This document shows, piece by piece, positions 1-12,884 of a DNA stretch of 64,000 nucleotides; position 1 is the first letter of the stretch, and each line of letters starts with the position of its first letter. The DNA is taken from assembly GCA_002104905.1 (NCBI GenBank), contig MCFE01000166.1, forward strand, positions 82,378 to 146,377, read 5' to 3'. A program made the position numbers and the translations under genes. The DNA is from Basidiobolus meristosporus CBS 931.73. Its lineage: Eukaryota; Fungi; Basidiobolomycota. A model generated the notes under the pieces. That model did no database searches and was not told where the DNA came from. It saw nothing but the letters and a program-made list of their open reading frames with translations.

Positions 1-1899
1 TGCAAAGAGTGCCTGGTCTATATACTCATCCCATCTACTGACAACTCCATTTGCATACATGGTCAGCATTTTTCCAAATAATCCATTAAACCGCTCAGTA
101 ACTCCATTAGTTCTGGGGTGATATGCCAAGGTTTTCAAGTGTCTGATCTGCTGCATTTCCAGGTAAGCCTCTAATGTCTTTGCCATAAAGTCTGCTCCTC
201 TATCAGATAAGATCTCCACAGGGCATCCAAACTTCATCAGGATCTCATGGTAAATGAAACTTGCAACTTCTTGTTCACTGGCTATTGGTACAGCTTTAGC
301 AACTGGCCATTTGGTGGCATGGTCAATTGCTACTAGGATCCAACGGTTGCATTTCCTGGTGGTTGGCAGTCTTCCAATAAAGTTAATTCCCCATCTCTCA
401 AATGGTCTTACAGGCTCCAAAGGGAAGAGTTTGGCAATTCTTTGTGGCTGGCCTTGATTGATTTGGCAGTTTGGGCATGTTTTCACTAGCTTCTCAATAT
501 CTTGTTTCATTCTGGGCCACCATGCTCTGGCTTTCACAAGGCTATAGGTGCCTTCAATCCCAAGATGTCCATATCCATTGTGTAGCTTATGTATTAAATC
601 CAGGCAAGAAACATAAGGGCAATAGGCAATAGGGCTTCCATCAACAATTTGGTAGAGTGTTTCATCCTGTACTACAAATTTGCTGGCTTCATCACAGATT
701 ATCTTCTTGATATCTTCATCCACCTCATTAGGAATGGCTTGGTCCTCCAAGTACCTTGGTAATAGGCTAGGCCATTGTGATTCATGCACCAAGTTGAGTT
801 GTGCAACTTGATCTAATCTTGATAAGGCATCAGCAACTGTGTTGTTTTTTCCAGGGCTGTAGACAATCTCCAAGTCAAATTGCGGAATGTTTTCACTCAA
901 TCTTGTCATTCTTCTAGAGAGCACCTTCTGAGTAAATACATACTTGAGGGAGGCATGATCAGTCTTTGCAGTGCACTTGACTCCTTCAATATAGCATCTC
1001 CATGTCTTCAAACAGTGTATTATAGCAAGCATCTCCTTCTCATGGACTGGATAGTTTTGTTCTGCTGAGTTCAGTTTCTTCAATTCTAAGGCAACAGGGT
1101 AGTCCTTTCCCTGGTGTTCTTGGCTCAGCACTCCATTAATTGCATAATCTGAAGCATCTGTGCACAGAGTGAACTCTTTTCTGAAGTCTGGTATTCTTAA
1201 GCTTGGCAGCTTAGCAAGTTCATTCTTGAGCGTCTGGAAGGCAGTTTCACAAGCTATGTCCCACTTGTAGGTATTGTCTTTTTTGAGGATATCAGTTAAA
1301 GGGGCTGCAATACTTGCAAACGACTTGACAAATCTCCGATAATAGGAAACCATTCCAAGGAATGATCTGAGTTCTGATATGCTATGGGGCTGCTTCAGAT
1401 TCTTGATAACTTCAACCTTCTTAGGGTCTAAGGTCACTCCTGTGCTAGTCACTATGTGTCCCAAATACTCAACCTGTTCCTTGAAGAATTCACACTTGGC
1501 TAGCTTGCCATATAGCTTGTTCTCTCTTAGCTTCTCCAATACCTTTTCAATGTGCACTATGTGATCCTCTTCTGTCTTGCTGTATATCAATATGTCATCC
1601 AGGTAGATTATCACAAACTTGTCTAAGTACTCCTGAAAGACAGTCTGCATCATTGTCATGAATGTTGCAGGGGCATTAGTGAGGCCAAAACTCATGACTA
1701 AGTACTTGTAATGTCCATATCTGGTCCTGAATGCTGTCTTAGGGATATCTTCTGGTTTCACCCTAGTCTGGTTGTATCCTGACATGAGGTCAATCTTGCT
1801 GAAAATAGTGGCTCCATTAAGTTGGTCCAAAAGCTCATCAATCTAAGGTATGGAGTACTTATTCTTGACGGTAACTGAGTTCAGGGCTCTGTGGTCAAT

Positions 1900-3105
1900 T
1901 CACATCCTAAGTGTTCCATCCTTCTTTTTCACAAAAAGCACCGGTGCTCCCCAGGGTGACTTGCTGGGCCTGATGTATCCTTTCTCCAATAGCTGATCAA
2001 TTTGTCTCTTCATTTCCTCCAATTTCAATGGACTCATTCTGTAAGGTGTCTTGCTCACTGAAGGGCTATCACCTGTGTCAATGGCACGATCCACGTCTCT
2101 GACTAGTGGTAGGCTTACAAGCTCATCAGGAAACACGTCTGAATATTTCTTCAAGAGAGTCTGGACCTGCTGGGGTGCTGGAGTAGCAGAATCCTCCTGT
2201 AATACTGCCATGAGGAACATCTGGGTACCTTTTCTAAGCGCTCTACAGAACTTGGTCTTGCTAAGTTCACTTGTCTCACACATACTGGAATTGACCAAGT
2301 TGAAATCCAGCCTGGCAGGTAATAGCTCATAGGTCTTGTTGTCTTTTTGGATCTGAGCAGCATGGGTTCTCTAGTTGATTGATGGATTACAACAAAATAG
2401 CCAGGTTTTTCCAAGTACAAGGTCAAACTTGCAGTTCCCAAATATATAAGCCTGTAGGTCTTCTTCATAGTCCTTGATCTTCATTCTTACTGGCTGGGTA
2501 GTACGGTTGATTATGTGAAAGTTCCCATCAGCTGTGGAGACTGAAGTTGATTTGGTAGGTTCTGAGTTGATTCCAGCTTTCAAGGCAAATTGCTCTGACA
2601 TGTACTCATGTGATGCCCCAGAGTCAATCATGATTTTGGCAGGTACTCCATTGATTACTCCATTTGAGTACAATAACTTCCCTGAGTTTGAGGTCATTTG
2701 GGACAAGTACTCTTCTGTCATATGGAAGGTGAGTTCCAAGTCTTCTTCAAGCTCATCTTCCACATTACTGTATTCATGGGACTCGATATGGTTGAAGGTT
2801 CTTGTTGGCTGGTGTCCATTTCTTCTCTGAGGGCAGTACTTTGCAATATGTCCTTGCTGGTGGCAATTGAAGCAAAGTCCTTTCTTCTTACATTCTTCCA
2901 AGGTAGGATTCTTATGCATAGCACCTATTTCCATTGGCACTGCTTCTGACTGTCTTTTTTCATAGTGATTGTAGCCTTTCTGATTAGTCACTGTAGGCTT
3001 CCCAACTCCAAACATGGCTGAGTCATAGTCAATGGCAATCTTGATGGCTTCTTCTATAGTCTGAGGTCTTTGATAATTCACTTCCTTGCAAGTTCTTTCT
3101 TTCAA
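1900..3105 (-). pseudogene. Gypsy gag(C-term)-protease-RT start, one frame broken by a TAG
   Basis: ORFs 2371..3105 and 1900..2298 are in the same frame; the TAG at 2371-2373 sits where Trp is expected (NPSIN[W]RT). Confidence 0.85.
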
Positions 3106-3583
3106 CCAACAATAAAGTATTCAACTTGATCCAGGGTGTCCATTTGTTCAATTTGTCCATTTAGACATCTGTACTCATAGATGTACTCTTGAACCATGCC
3201 TTTCTGTCTGAGTGTCTTTAACTCCTTATTAGTAGTGTCTGCTGGTGTGGATATTCAAAAGCATCCTGAATTTCTGACACAAACTCATCCCAGGTAGAGA
3301 TTGTAGAGCATCCCATCATAGTGGCTGATCTGATCTTGTTGTTAATCCCCATTTTACTTAGTGTATGGATGTGAACCAAGGATTCTGTTGAAATATTGGA
3401 CTATTTGATATCATTCAGCAGCTAAAAATTTACTTAACAATTCTAGGCTAGTCTTAGTCACTGTAAGACTCATTTACTGCCTTAACTTTGCCACTTTCTC
3501 TAGATATATGATCTTATGATTATTCCCCTATAGTCATGATCAAATTAGCACTATTACCAAACATTATGTACTAACCCTGAAAC

Positions 3584-3754
3584 TGTTACAGAATGCTCCT
3601 GAATATTGAGAAACCCTCCCTACTTAGTATTGCAGCTGTATTACTTCTACAAAGGTATAAATACTGAGCTTCTTTATGAATAAACAACAGTTCAACTATT
3701 ATCACTATTTCTTGATAAGTTCCTTATATCCAAATCACTTCTTAAATTGCAACA
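3584..3754 (+). repeat. Short solo LTR inserted in the gypsy leader
   Basis: TGTTAC...GCAACA termini, internal GTATAAATA and AATAAA, flanks GAAAC/GATAC (4 of 5 match, TSD-like). Confidence 0.5.
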
Positions 3755-3794
3755 GATACCAGTAGGACTATCATCTGATACAGGCTCTGATACT

Positions 3795-6620
3795 GTATGA
3801 TAGGCCGCAGATTCAGGTTGATGAGAATCAGTGACCAGCAGGATTTGCTGGTAAAGTACATGCTTAATGAGTATCCATTAAGTGCCAAGGCAAAGGCATG
3901 ATTGTGCATACCTTCAAAGTAGCCCTTGCTTCTTAGCTGTTTGCAATATCTGCCATCAGATATATCTGATATGTTTGCGCTTGATTGCTACTGAATGCAG
4001 TACTTTATGGCTCCACAATATTTGATGGACTGCATGAGCTTCTTTATACAGGTTACTACCAGATTATATCCACAATGTGAGCAATATTTTCTGCCAGTAG
4101 AGGTGGATTCCAGACAAGTTGGACGCCATGCAATGTTAGCACATGCAGGTATCAGTACAGTCTCTGGGTCATATGCTGCCATCCACATAATGGTTTTCTA
4201 TTTGTACCATTTACATAGTAAGTTGCATCCCAGTATGATTTTGACAAAAAGTAGCAGTAAATCCTCAAAGACCCCATTATTGATATTAGTGGAAATGCAC
4301 CACCTCTCTAGCCACAACATTACATCATTCACCAGTAGATGAACTACTGGGCTCACTTGACTCCATAAAGTATCCTTGGCATTTTTTTCCCTGGGTGTTG
4401 TCTCTTTGCATACTGGGATCTTGCCAGGCTCATGCAGGGTACTGTTGTTAGTGAAGATAGACTCACAATCCATCAGGGAGCCTGCTTCATCAGAGCTAGT
4501 ACTTTGTGTGCCACATTCACAAGGCTGGGGTGAGCCTAAAGACAGCACAAACTCTCCTAACTCAGTTTGCACAAGCTGACAGGCACCACTAGATGCTGTT
4601 ATTGAAGTATCAAGTGGCTGGCAAGATATTATTGATATAGCAGTGACTGGTGAATGGTAAAATAGGGCTTGTGTGGCAAAACACTGGCCATGATCCTTCT
4701 AGTACTTCCTAGACAGTCTGTCTGCTTCATGGCTGAAAGGCTTGCTAAAGTAGCCACATAGTCTTTGTTCTCTTCTCTTATGTTGTTGAATCAAGATAGT
4801 CTTGTCCATGGGGCAACAGTTTACACTCAACAACTTAATGGTATTATGTCACTTTTTTGTCAATACTTGAGTGAACTTATGCCAGTCTTGTATTTGACAC
4901 ATTGCACCAAAATGAATGTAGGATTCAACAATGACCTGCTATAGTAAACATAACAAATTGAGTTATGGCATCACATACACACATGTATGTAACACCATTT
5001 CTCCTTTGGTTTAGCTCACTTCCATATATGTGCTACCAAAAAACAAAGCAAAGTTGCATGGTTCCCAACCAAACCTCACTGTTGATGGCAGCAGAAGAAT
5101 GTTTAGACAATAGCTTGCTTTGTGATTCTGTGCAGCAAGCAGGGCTACAACTAAAAAAGGTCCTGTGGACAGTGTGCCACTGAAGGTAAAAATGCAGACT
5201 CCTTAAGCTCTCAGCTGAGTAGGCAATTGGAATCTCTGACAAGCTGCAAACTGATCATATTGCTGAGGCAGATGAGAATGTGGCAAAAGTTGTACCTTCA
5301 GAGAAGGACCAGCAAGTGGCCATTGTAAGATTACCACCACTTGTATTAGCAAGTATGCTGTCAGCTCATACCAAAGTATTAATGAGGCAATTTGGTGTAG
5401 TGGCTGCAAGGATAGATGCAATGATCTAGAGAAATCAGGAAACAGTCCCGGTACTGGATGAGAGGATAAAAGGTGCTGAGCAATCATTAACCCAGGTAGA
5501 GAAAGCAGTACCTTTGCTGCAAAGAAAGAACTCAAGTAGCTCAATGTTGCTGCCAAGAATTGAGCCATTTTCTGATGTAACAGCCAAGGAACACCATGCA
5601 GTCTTTAATGCACAACAACAGTGCCCTAAGATAAAGCCCACAGAGAAATATATTACAGCATGGGAGGGAGAAGATATAGTGATTATATTGAAGCCTAAAA
5701 ACCAAAAGACATTCAACATCTGTGAAGCTGTCGGGCACAATGGTGAAGAGTGGGCTAAGATTCAGAGGCTGTTAGAAGTCTAGCACGTTAACATCATAAG
5801 GTTGGCATACCATGGGACCATGAGGAGCTCAATGATAAGCACAATGTACTTGCCCTGCTTAATAAGCATTATCCTGGATTCAAACAAGCAAATGGATTTT
5901 GGGTCAGCATTGGTGTGCTATTAAAGTATCTCAAGATTAGCTGAAATTATTGAATGCAGAAGAACAAGGGTGCAATAGCTAAAAGCCAATGGCTTCCTCA
6001 TGAGCCAATCACCAGCAGGGCCAAAAGCTCCAAACAGAATCAAAGAGGAATCAAGTAGCTGGAAGTGTGCCAATATGGAAAAAGCAGGCAAACACAGATG
6101 CACCAGCACAACATTTACCATGCAAAAAGCATAGCTCTACTCAAGAAGCACTCAGTTAAAGTAGTAGTGAAGGACCTGGCAGTGATAAGTACAAGCAGCT
6201 ACCTCAGGAGCCCATCATGGCAAGGGCTGAGAGCTCAAAACAAGCAGGAAAGAAGCATCAGGTTGCCTGCAGAATGCCAGCAAGGGACATGTGGGCCAAA
6301 ACAGCTGCATCAGAGCCGCATTTATGAAGGAGAAAGCACAGTGCATTACAAGAAGCACTCAGATAAAGTAGCAGTGAAAGACCTGGAAGTGACAAAAGAA
6401 GAGGTAAAGGGGGAAAAGTCAACCCAAGCTAGAGACAGGCAAGTGAGAGAAAAAAGCTGCAGTTCTTGCCAATTCATATCACAAGTCTGGAACAGACTAA
6501 ATCCCTTCAAAGCCAAGAAAAAGTACCAAGAAGAAACAGCTGTTTTCACAAGGGTTGGAAGTGTAGCCAGTTGAGCCAAACTCCAGCAAGGTAGATGAGT
6601 TTGCTGAAAAAGTACAGTAG
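3795..6620. mobile_element. CACTA/CMC (EnSpm-like) DNA transposon relic, copy a: transposase N-half (-) and divergent ORF2 relic (+)
   Basis: Minus-strand peptides NINNGVFEDLLLLF, IPACAN...YCSHCG, ISDISDGRYCKQLRSKGYF..NHAFALALNG and SCWSLILINLNL resemble Transposase_21-type proteins. Plus-strand ORF2 relic at about 5200-6000 recurs in other copies. Confidence 0.7.
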
Positions 6621-8199
6621 ACTCAGATACAGTATCTTTACATTGCAAGTTGTATAAAATGGGAGCTCTAATTCCTGAGCCCAGTATTTATGCATCTTAA
6701 TTACAGCATTTTAGGCTAATCATGACAATGATCCTTGCTTGAGTAGTTGCATTGTTTGATGTGGGCAGGTTCTTGTTTTCTCAGCACAATGAGTACATCA
6801 ATCCATTTTGCTATTTCAGTGACTGAGTTGCCACTAGTATTTGGATTTAAAGGCTCACCAATAGAGGCTTCAATTGCAGTGTCATCTCCTAAATAAGCCT
6901 TGCTCATATGAATAATTATCAAGTTGCCAAACCACTTTTGCATATTGCACACATGTAGCAATGATCCAGGGTTGGTATAAAACTAATAATTAAGGTCACT
7001 ACCACTCTTACAGACTGTTATAAGCAACCATTCTTCTGAAGGTACATAACTGGTATGATAAAGCTTCTGTTTTTTGCCTTCTTATATCTTAATGCATTCC
7101 CTTGCCAAGTAGTTGAGCAGTGGTTATGGCAACCAGGATTTCTTTGGTTGTTGTGCTTTCCCTTAGTTTCTGAAGAAAATGGCGTCTTCATTTCTCTTTG
7201 CTTAGCCATTACATCTGAGCCTTTAAAACAGGAGTCTGACATTGGGATTACTCATGGCCAGATTGATATTGCTTTTGGTCTAAAGATCATCTTCTAGGAT
7301 CATCAGGCAGCTTTGGTACTATTACAAGCATCAATATGACCAACAATGGAGTCTTGTATGCTGAAATATATGGTACTTAAGCCCTTCTTTCCTTTTGTTG
7401 AAGTTTCTCAACTCCTTCTGCAGTTCTTCTGGGATCAACCTCTTTTCCTATCACTATATTTCACAGCTTTATTGCTACAGTGTGGATCTGAGCTTTGATT
7501 ATTCAGATTCTATAGTTCTTCCTATCAAAATTCACCTCTACAGCAATGATGCCATTATAACTCTGCTTGCAAATAAAAGTCATCTCTAAAATGGCTTAAG
7601 GATATTTGGGCTTTAACCTGTTGCAAGCTGAAGAAGATATTCATATAAGGACCTAAGAACAAATCTATGGTAATAGAGGAGCTGCTGATTACTTCTAAAG
7701 AAGCTCAAAATCTGCACTTTTATAGATATACTCCAGTTGTATCACTAAGCTAAGGATGTTTCTCACTATCTAGGAGCACACTTCAGGAGTTTCTGGGTTA
7801 GTGTCCTATGCTTGGTGAGAGTGTAACCTTGATCTTGACTGGAATAGTATAGTTATTGGTTTATGCTTCTGAAAGAAGTGGCAGAGTTAGGGCTGTAAAT
7901 GAGTCCCACAGTGACTACTACTCCGGATTTGTAGAGTAAATCTTTAGCTGTTTGATGATGCCAACTAGGTCAGTATTTCAGCAGTCTCATTAAGCCAGCA
8001 TGATTTTTTGATACTTCTAGGCTTAAGGAATGCTCAAAAGCAGCATGCATAGAAAATCACTGTTCATGCTCTCAATTGAAACTAGCACAAGAGCAGTGTC
8101 CCCTAATGCAAACCTATAAGATAACAAAGTAATAAGATCATTATAATACTAACATCATAATGGAATTTCAGTGCTGGATAACAGAACTACAGCTGATGT

Positions 8200-11100
8200 G
8201 GCTATACTTATAGTTCCTGATCAAAAATGTTTCATGATAATTGCATGGAACCAGTTCTCTAGCCTCAACATTATATCCTTCACCAGAAGATAGATTACTG
8301 GGCTCACTTGGCTCCATAAAGTATCTTTAGCATTTGTTTTAAGGTGTGTTGTCTCATTGCATATTGGGATTTGACCAGGCTCATATGCAGTACTATTGTT
8401 AGGGGAGATAGGCTCACAATCCATCAGTGAACTTTCTTTGTCAGAGCTAACATTGTGTGTGCCATGTTCAGACAGCTGAGGTGAGCCTCAAGGCATCACA
8501 AGCTCACATGAATCAGTTTGCACAAGGTAACAAAGATGGCCAGGCGCCAATATAGAAGTATCGACTGGCTGGCAAGACAATGTTGGTACATTAGTAACTA
8601 AAAAATGGTCAAATATGACTTGTGTGGCAAAAACTGGCTGTGATCCTTGTTGTACTTCTTATGCAGTCTCCATGATTCATAGCTAAGAGGCCTGATACAA
8701 TAGCCACATGGTCTTTTCTCTCTTCTCTTATGGTGTTGAATCAAAGTAGTCATGTCCATGGGGCAAACAGTTTGACCTTCAACAACATAATGCTATTATA
8801 TCACTTTTTGGTCAATACTCATGTAAATTTAAGATAGTCTTGTATTTGAGACATGGCACCTATGTGTAAATAAGATTCCATGAAGACCTGCCAAAGCAAG
8901 CATTATAAATAAAGTTGTTGCACCACATACACATGAATATAACACTTTTTCCCCTTTGGTTTGGCCCACTTCCATATTTATGCAGCCAAAAAACAAAGCA
9001 AAGTTGTCTAGTTCCCAACTAAACCCAACTGTTGACAGCAACAAAAGAATGGTTGGACAACAGCTTGCTTTGACCTTCAGTATAACAATCAGGGCTACAT
9101 CCAAAAAAGGCCATGTTGACAGTGAGCCCACCAAAGGTAATAATGCAAACTCTTCAGGCTCTCAGTCAAGTAAGCAATTGAGTACCTGTAATACATAGTA
9201 AAAGATACCTACTCTGAGTATTCCTAACAAGTAGTGCCTCCAAGGTCAGTTGGCTGTCAGCATGGTCACCTGGGAGTATCCTGTGGTCAGGGACTGGAAG
9301 TTCAGGTAGCAGCAGGTAGCAGTGATCACACTAATCAACAAGTTGGTATATTGATAAAAGGGATGAAGAATTATAGTTAAGGTATTGGCTCCCTTATAGA
9401 CTTTTCTCACTGGCAAAGTGATTACTAATCATGGCGTTCCAGAAGGTTCTGAAGATCAATAGAAATCTTAATGTCATCAGAATGAGCTAAGAGTATTCTA
9501 AGTAGGTACCACAGGGTTCTAAGAGGCCAGCATATCCAACCAATCAGGAATCAGTACTCTGAAACTGGTGTAACATAGGGATACCATATATGGAATAGAT
9601 ATAATAGGGATGGTGACACAGGTTGACCATGTGTCACAGGTACTGGCATGGTTACCTGCCTAATATAGAAGCACTTTTAGCTAGTAATCTTACATAAAGT
9701 GAGGGATAACTTGTGCCATAAGGTAAGCAAGTGTGTTAGTCAGCAGGCTTATGGGATAGTACTGATCAAGTAAGAAAAATGGGCTAAATCTAAAATAATT
9801 GTAGCAGAGAAATAGGGAAGTAGAAAATATGCAAATGAGCATATCTGTCAGTGGGTGTCACTGTGACCCCACTACACCATTATGCTCAGGTAGATGAGAA
9901 TGTAGCAAATGCAGTACCCTCAGTTGAAGACCAGCAAGTAGCCCTCAAAGCATTACCACCACCTATATTAGCTAGTATGTTATCAGCTCATCCCAAGGCA
10001 TTAATGAAGCAATTATGTGCAGTGGCTCATAGAATAGATGCAATGGCTCAGAGAAATCAGGAAATATTCCAGAAAGAGGATGAGCAGATAATATGTGTAG
10101 AGCAATCAATATGCCAGGTAGAGAAAGCAGTATCTTTGCTGCAAAGAAGAAACTCAAGTAGCTCTAAGTCACAGCTAAAAATTGAGCCACTTCCTGATGT
10201 AACAGCAGAGGAACACCATACAGTCTTTGAAGCCCAATAACAGTGCCCAAAGATAAAGCCTACAGAAAAACCTATCACAGCATGGGAGGGAGACAATGTG
10301 GTGTTTATACCAAAGCCTAAAAATCAAAATACATTGAGTATCTGTGGAGCCATTGAGTGCAATAATGAAGAGTGGGCTAATATTCAAGAGGCTGTCAGAT
10401 GTCCAGCAGGCCATCACCCTAAGGCTGGAATTCCATGGGACCATTGGGAACTCCAGCAAGGTAGATGAGCTTGATGAAAAAGGCAATTTGTCTACCACAT
10501 CCTCCACAGCCTCCACAGCCTCCACAATCTCCATTGCTGACAGAGTGGAGATCCCACTGACAGACAAGGCTACAAGGTCAAGAGCTTGAAAGACTATTAT
10601 GATGCCTTCAGTGAATTTTGGAACATTAGTAGGCACACCAAGAGGTTGCAGCACTTCTTCAAGAGCAGTGTTCTAGAAAACACACCTGAATATTGCAAGG
10701 ATTACTGCAAAGACTGGCAGATGAGGTGCTAGACCTGGCAGTGCCAGCTGAACACTAGGACATGTTGGAACCAGTGAATGAACAGTGGCATAAAGTCATT
10801 GGCCTCCCATTAGAGTTGTTGAACCAGAGTGTTATAGCAGAGATACTTGCTGAGTTGTAGATTTTAATGGAGTTACTTGCTGAGTGTGGGGTTGAGCTTA
10901 ATGTCAGTGTAGGGTATAGAGACTTGTATAGGTCAATACAATTGACAATGGAGTTACAAATGAGGTTTCAGCAGAAATAAATAAATTTGTACGCATGAAA
11001 AGTAAGAGAAACTGTTGAGTAAGGGAGTAGGGAGTGTGAAAAGAGCCAATAGCCAATCAATGCACACAAATGTAGGAGGTGATAGAGTGTCTGGGATCAG

Positions 11101-11309
11101 AAGGCAAGCAAACTGGCAGGGAACCAATCAAGAGCCACTTAAACACTGTTGTGATTAAAAATTTTGACTAAGTTTTTGTGAAATATGAGGTGCAATTATC
11201 TTTCAACAGTCTCTGGATGGTGTCCTGATGGGATCAGTACCTCTTAGTCACAGGACTTTAACTTTGTAATGGCCTTCCGGTGGGATCATCACAATAATTT
11301 TTCATAGTG
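8200..11309. mobile_element. CACTA/CMC relic, copy b, ending in a CACTA terminus
   Basis: 8200-9180 aligns with 4200-5230 and 9877-10440 aligns with 5250-5820. The end reads TTTTCATAGTG (reverse complement CACTATGAAAA) at 11309. Interrupted by an LTR fragment. Confidence 0.7.
9187..9876 (-). repeat. Partial LTR (family B, gypsy) inserted in CACTA copy b
   Basis: Aligns with 17660-18283 and 24221-24789; ends CCCCACTACA. Confidence 0.7.
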
Positions 11310-11640
11310 GACCTTATGAAAAATAATTTGGTCAAGCAGGTGGATCCAGTCAATATTAGCCATTAAGATCCTGCAATGAGGCTGTCATAATGACTGCAGC
11401 TTGTAATTATTGACCCACCTCACAATAATATGAGGGGATCACAATAGATTTGTAAATAGACTTGTTCCATTGTATAGTGCCACATAGTGCCAGCCTGTTT
11501 ATGGTGCCGGATCAATCTGGCACTCTATGGCACTATCTGGCACTATAATTTCTACCATGATGCCAGTGGTATGATACAGTTACTGGTAATTTTATTCAAT
11601 CTTCCTTATGTTGCTCAGAATAGTGCTTTCCTTGCTTTAT

Positions 11641-12525
11641 TTACTCTTCATAATGCTCCAGACACATTTCTCTCAGTGGATGTCTTCTTGTATGAACATA
11701 CTGTGCATTAATAAGTATCTTAACTATTTTACCTATTCTGCTGTTTTCTCCTAAATATGATTTTCCTCTGTATTTACCTGTCAATATGCTGAATCTCTTC
11801 AGATATCCAAATGTGTGCTCTACCCTTACTCTGAAATGATTAAATATCTCATTGTAGAGCTTCTGCTTCCTGCTAAGCACACCATTCCTTGGCTTCCTAT
11901 AAACTGTAATACATCCTAATCTCTGACAATCCTCTCCTATACAGGCTACGTCTGCCATACATTTCTCCCCTCTACTAAATTCAGGATGATTCTCTACCCA
12001 GAGTGCTTTGTCATGCCTACTTCCAGCAAATGGCCCACTAAACCAGATGATGTTACCCTCAATGTCAGACAGTGCTTGAAACTTCACACAGTGTGCCTTG
12101 TACTTGCCAGAATAAAAGTGCCTCTGCCCTCTAGAAGGTCTGTTAATCCTCACTGGGAAGGTATCCAAAATACTCCTGATATGGAACCTGTTGCTGAACA
12201 CTCTGGGATATGGAAGTCTATTGGAGCTTCTGAACCTAGTATTCCAAGCATGCTCTAAGTCATTCATACCCTCCGCAAGGTGGTTCTCCATTGCTGTCAG
12301 CTGGGAATGAAAGCTTCTAGGACTTTTGTTGCCATTGATGGTGGGATGAAACCTTGTAGGGCAGTAGTTCTTGTAATAGCAGGGAAGCTTAACAAGGGAT
12401 CTCCTTGAGTAGATTGGGGTTGATGGTCCACAGTACTTGGAACAGATCTCCTCTAGTTTGTCAAAAGGAAATCCAGTGGTAGTGATGGGATTGATGAGAA
12501 AAGACCATTCAGATGAGTAAGTCAT
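11641..12525 (-). CDS. DDE_Tnp_4-type (Harbinger/PIF) transposase, 294 aa
   Basis: Open ORF with ILDTFPVRINRP, FYSGKYKAH, MADVA and RVRVEHTFGYLKRF (D, D, E motifs). Confidence 0.9.
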   Translation of the reverse strand: MTYSSEWSFLINPITTTGFPFDKLEEICSKYCGPSTPIYSRRSLVKLPCYYKNYCPTRFHPTINGNKSPRSFHSQLTAMENHLAEGMNDLEHAWNTRFRSSNRLPYPRVFSNRFHIRSILDTFPVRINRPSRGQRHFYSGKYKAHCVKFQALSDIEGNIIWFSGPFAGSRHDKALWVENHPEFSRGEKCMADVACIGEDCQRLGCITVYRKPRNGVLSRKQKLYNEIFNHFRVRVEHTFGYLKRFSILTGKYRGKSYLGENSRIGKIVKILINAQYVHTRRHPLREMCLEHYEE

Positions 12526-12884
12526 ATTAAAATTGATGGATGATTGTATGGAGGCGGTTTGAATTGATTCGGTGCAATCTGCGTTATTTATCTGATTTTT
12601 AATACATTATGGTTAAATCTCCATCAATTGCCATGTATCCCATCATTATGTCGCAAAAATCATCCGCAAACAATGCCTTGGTACTTTTACTGATGCTTAA
12701 CTCATAGGTCTATAATCAAATAGGAAATCTGCGATTGATGTGATCTGATCCATGTCAACATGATCCAAGATGCATCATGCATAATCTATGGAAAATTCAA
12801 CAATCACATTAGTTTTCATATATATTTCATATAAGACCAGGTTGATGCCAATATACTGCTGTATAAGTATCCAAATCCATTGCT

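Larger units (their letters stand above)
1..3793 (-). mobile_element. Degenerate Ty3/gypsy LTR retrotransposon (gag-PR-RT-RH-IN), running off the left edge
   Basis: Minus-strand domains in gypsy order: CCHC knuckle CFNCHQQGHIAKYC, protease IMIDSGAS, RT (SPWGAPVLFVKKKDG, YLDD), RNase H and integrase (GHLG, WPVA) remnants. In-frame stops at 2371 and 1900. PBS-like GCTCTGATAC near 3784-3793; no cognate LTR seen. Confidence 0.9.

Noticed and set aside
3784-3800. Gypsy 5' LTR next to the PBS-like motif
   Set aside because: The sequence beyond the motif translates as CACTA transposase, so no LTR can be called there.
6620-8200. Degenerate segment with about 45 bp inverted similarity (7873-7915) to the gypsy leader at about 3460-3502
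   Set aside because: Likely another retroelement relic, too decayed to classify or bound.
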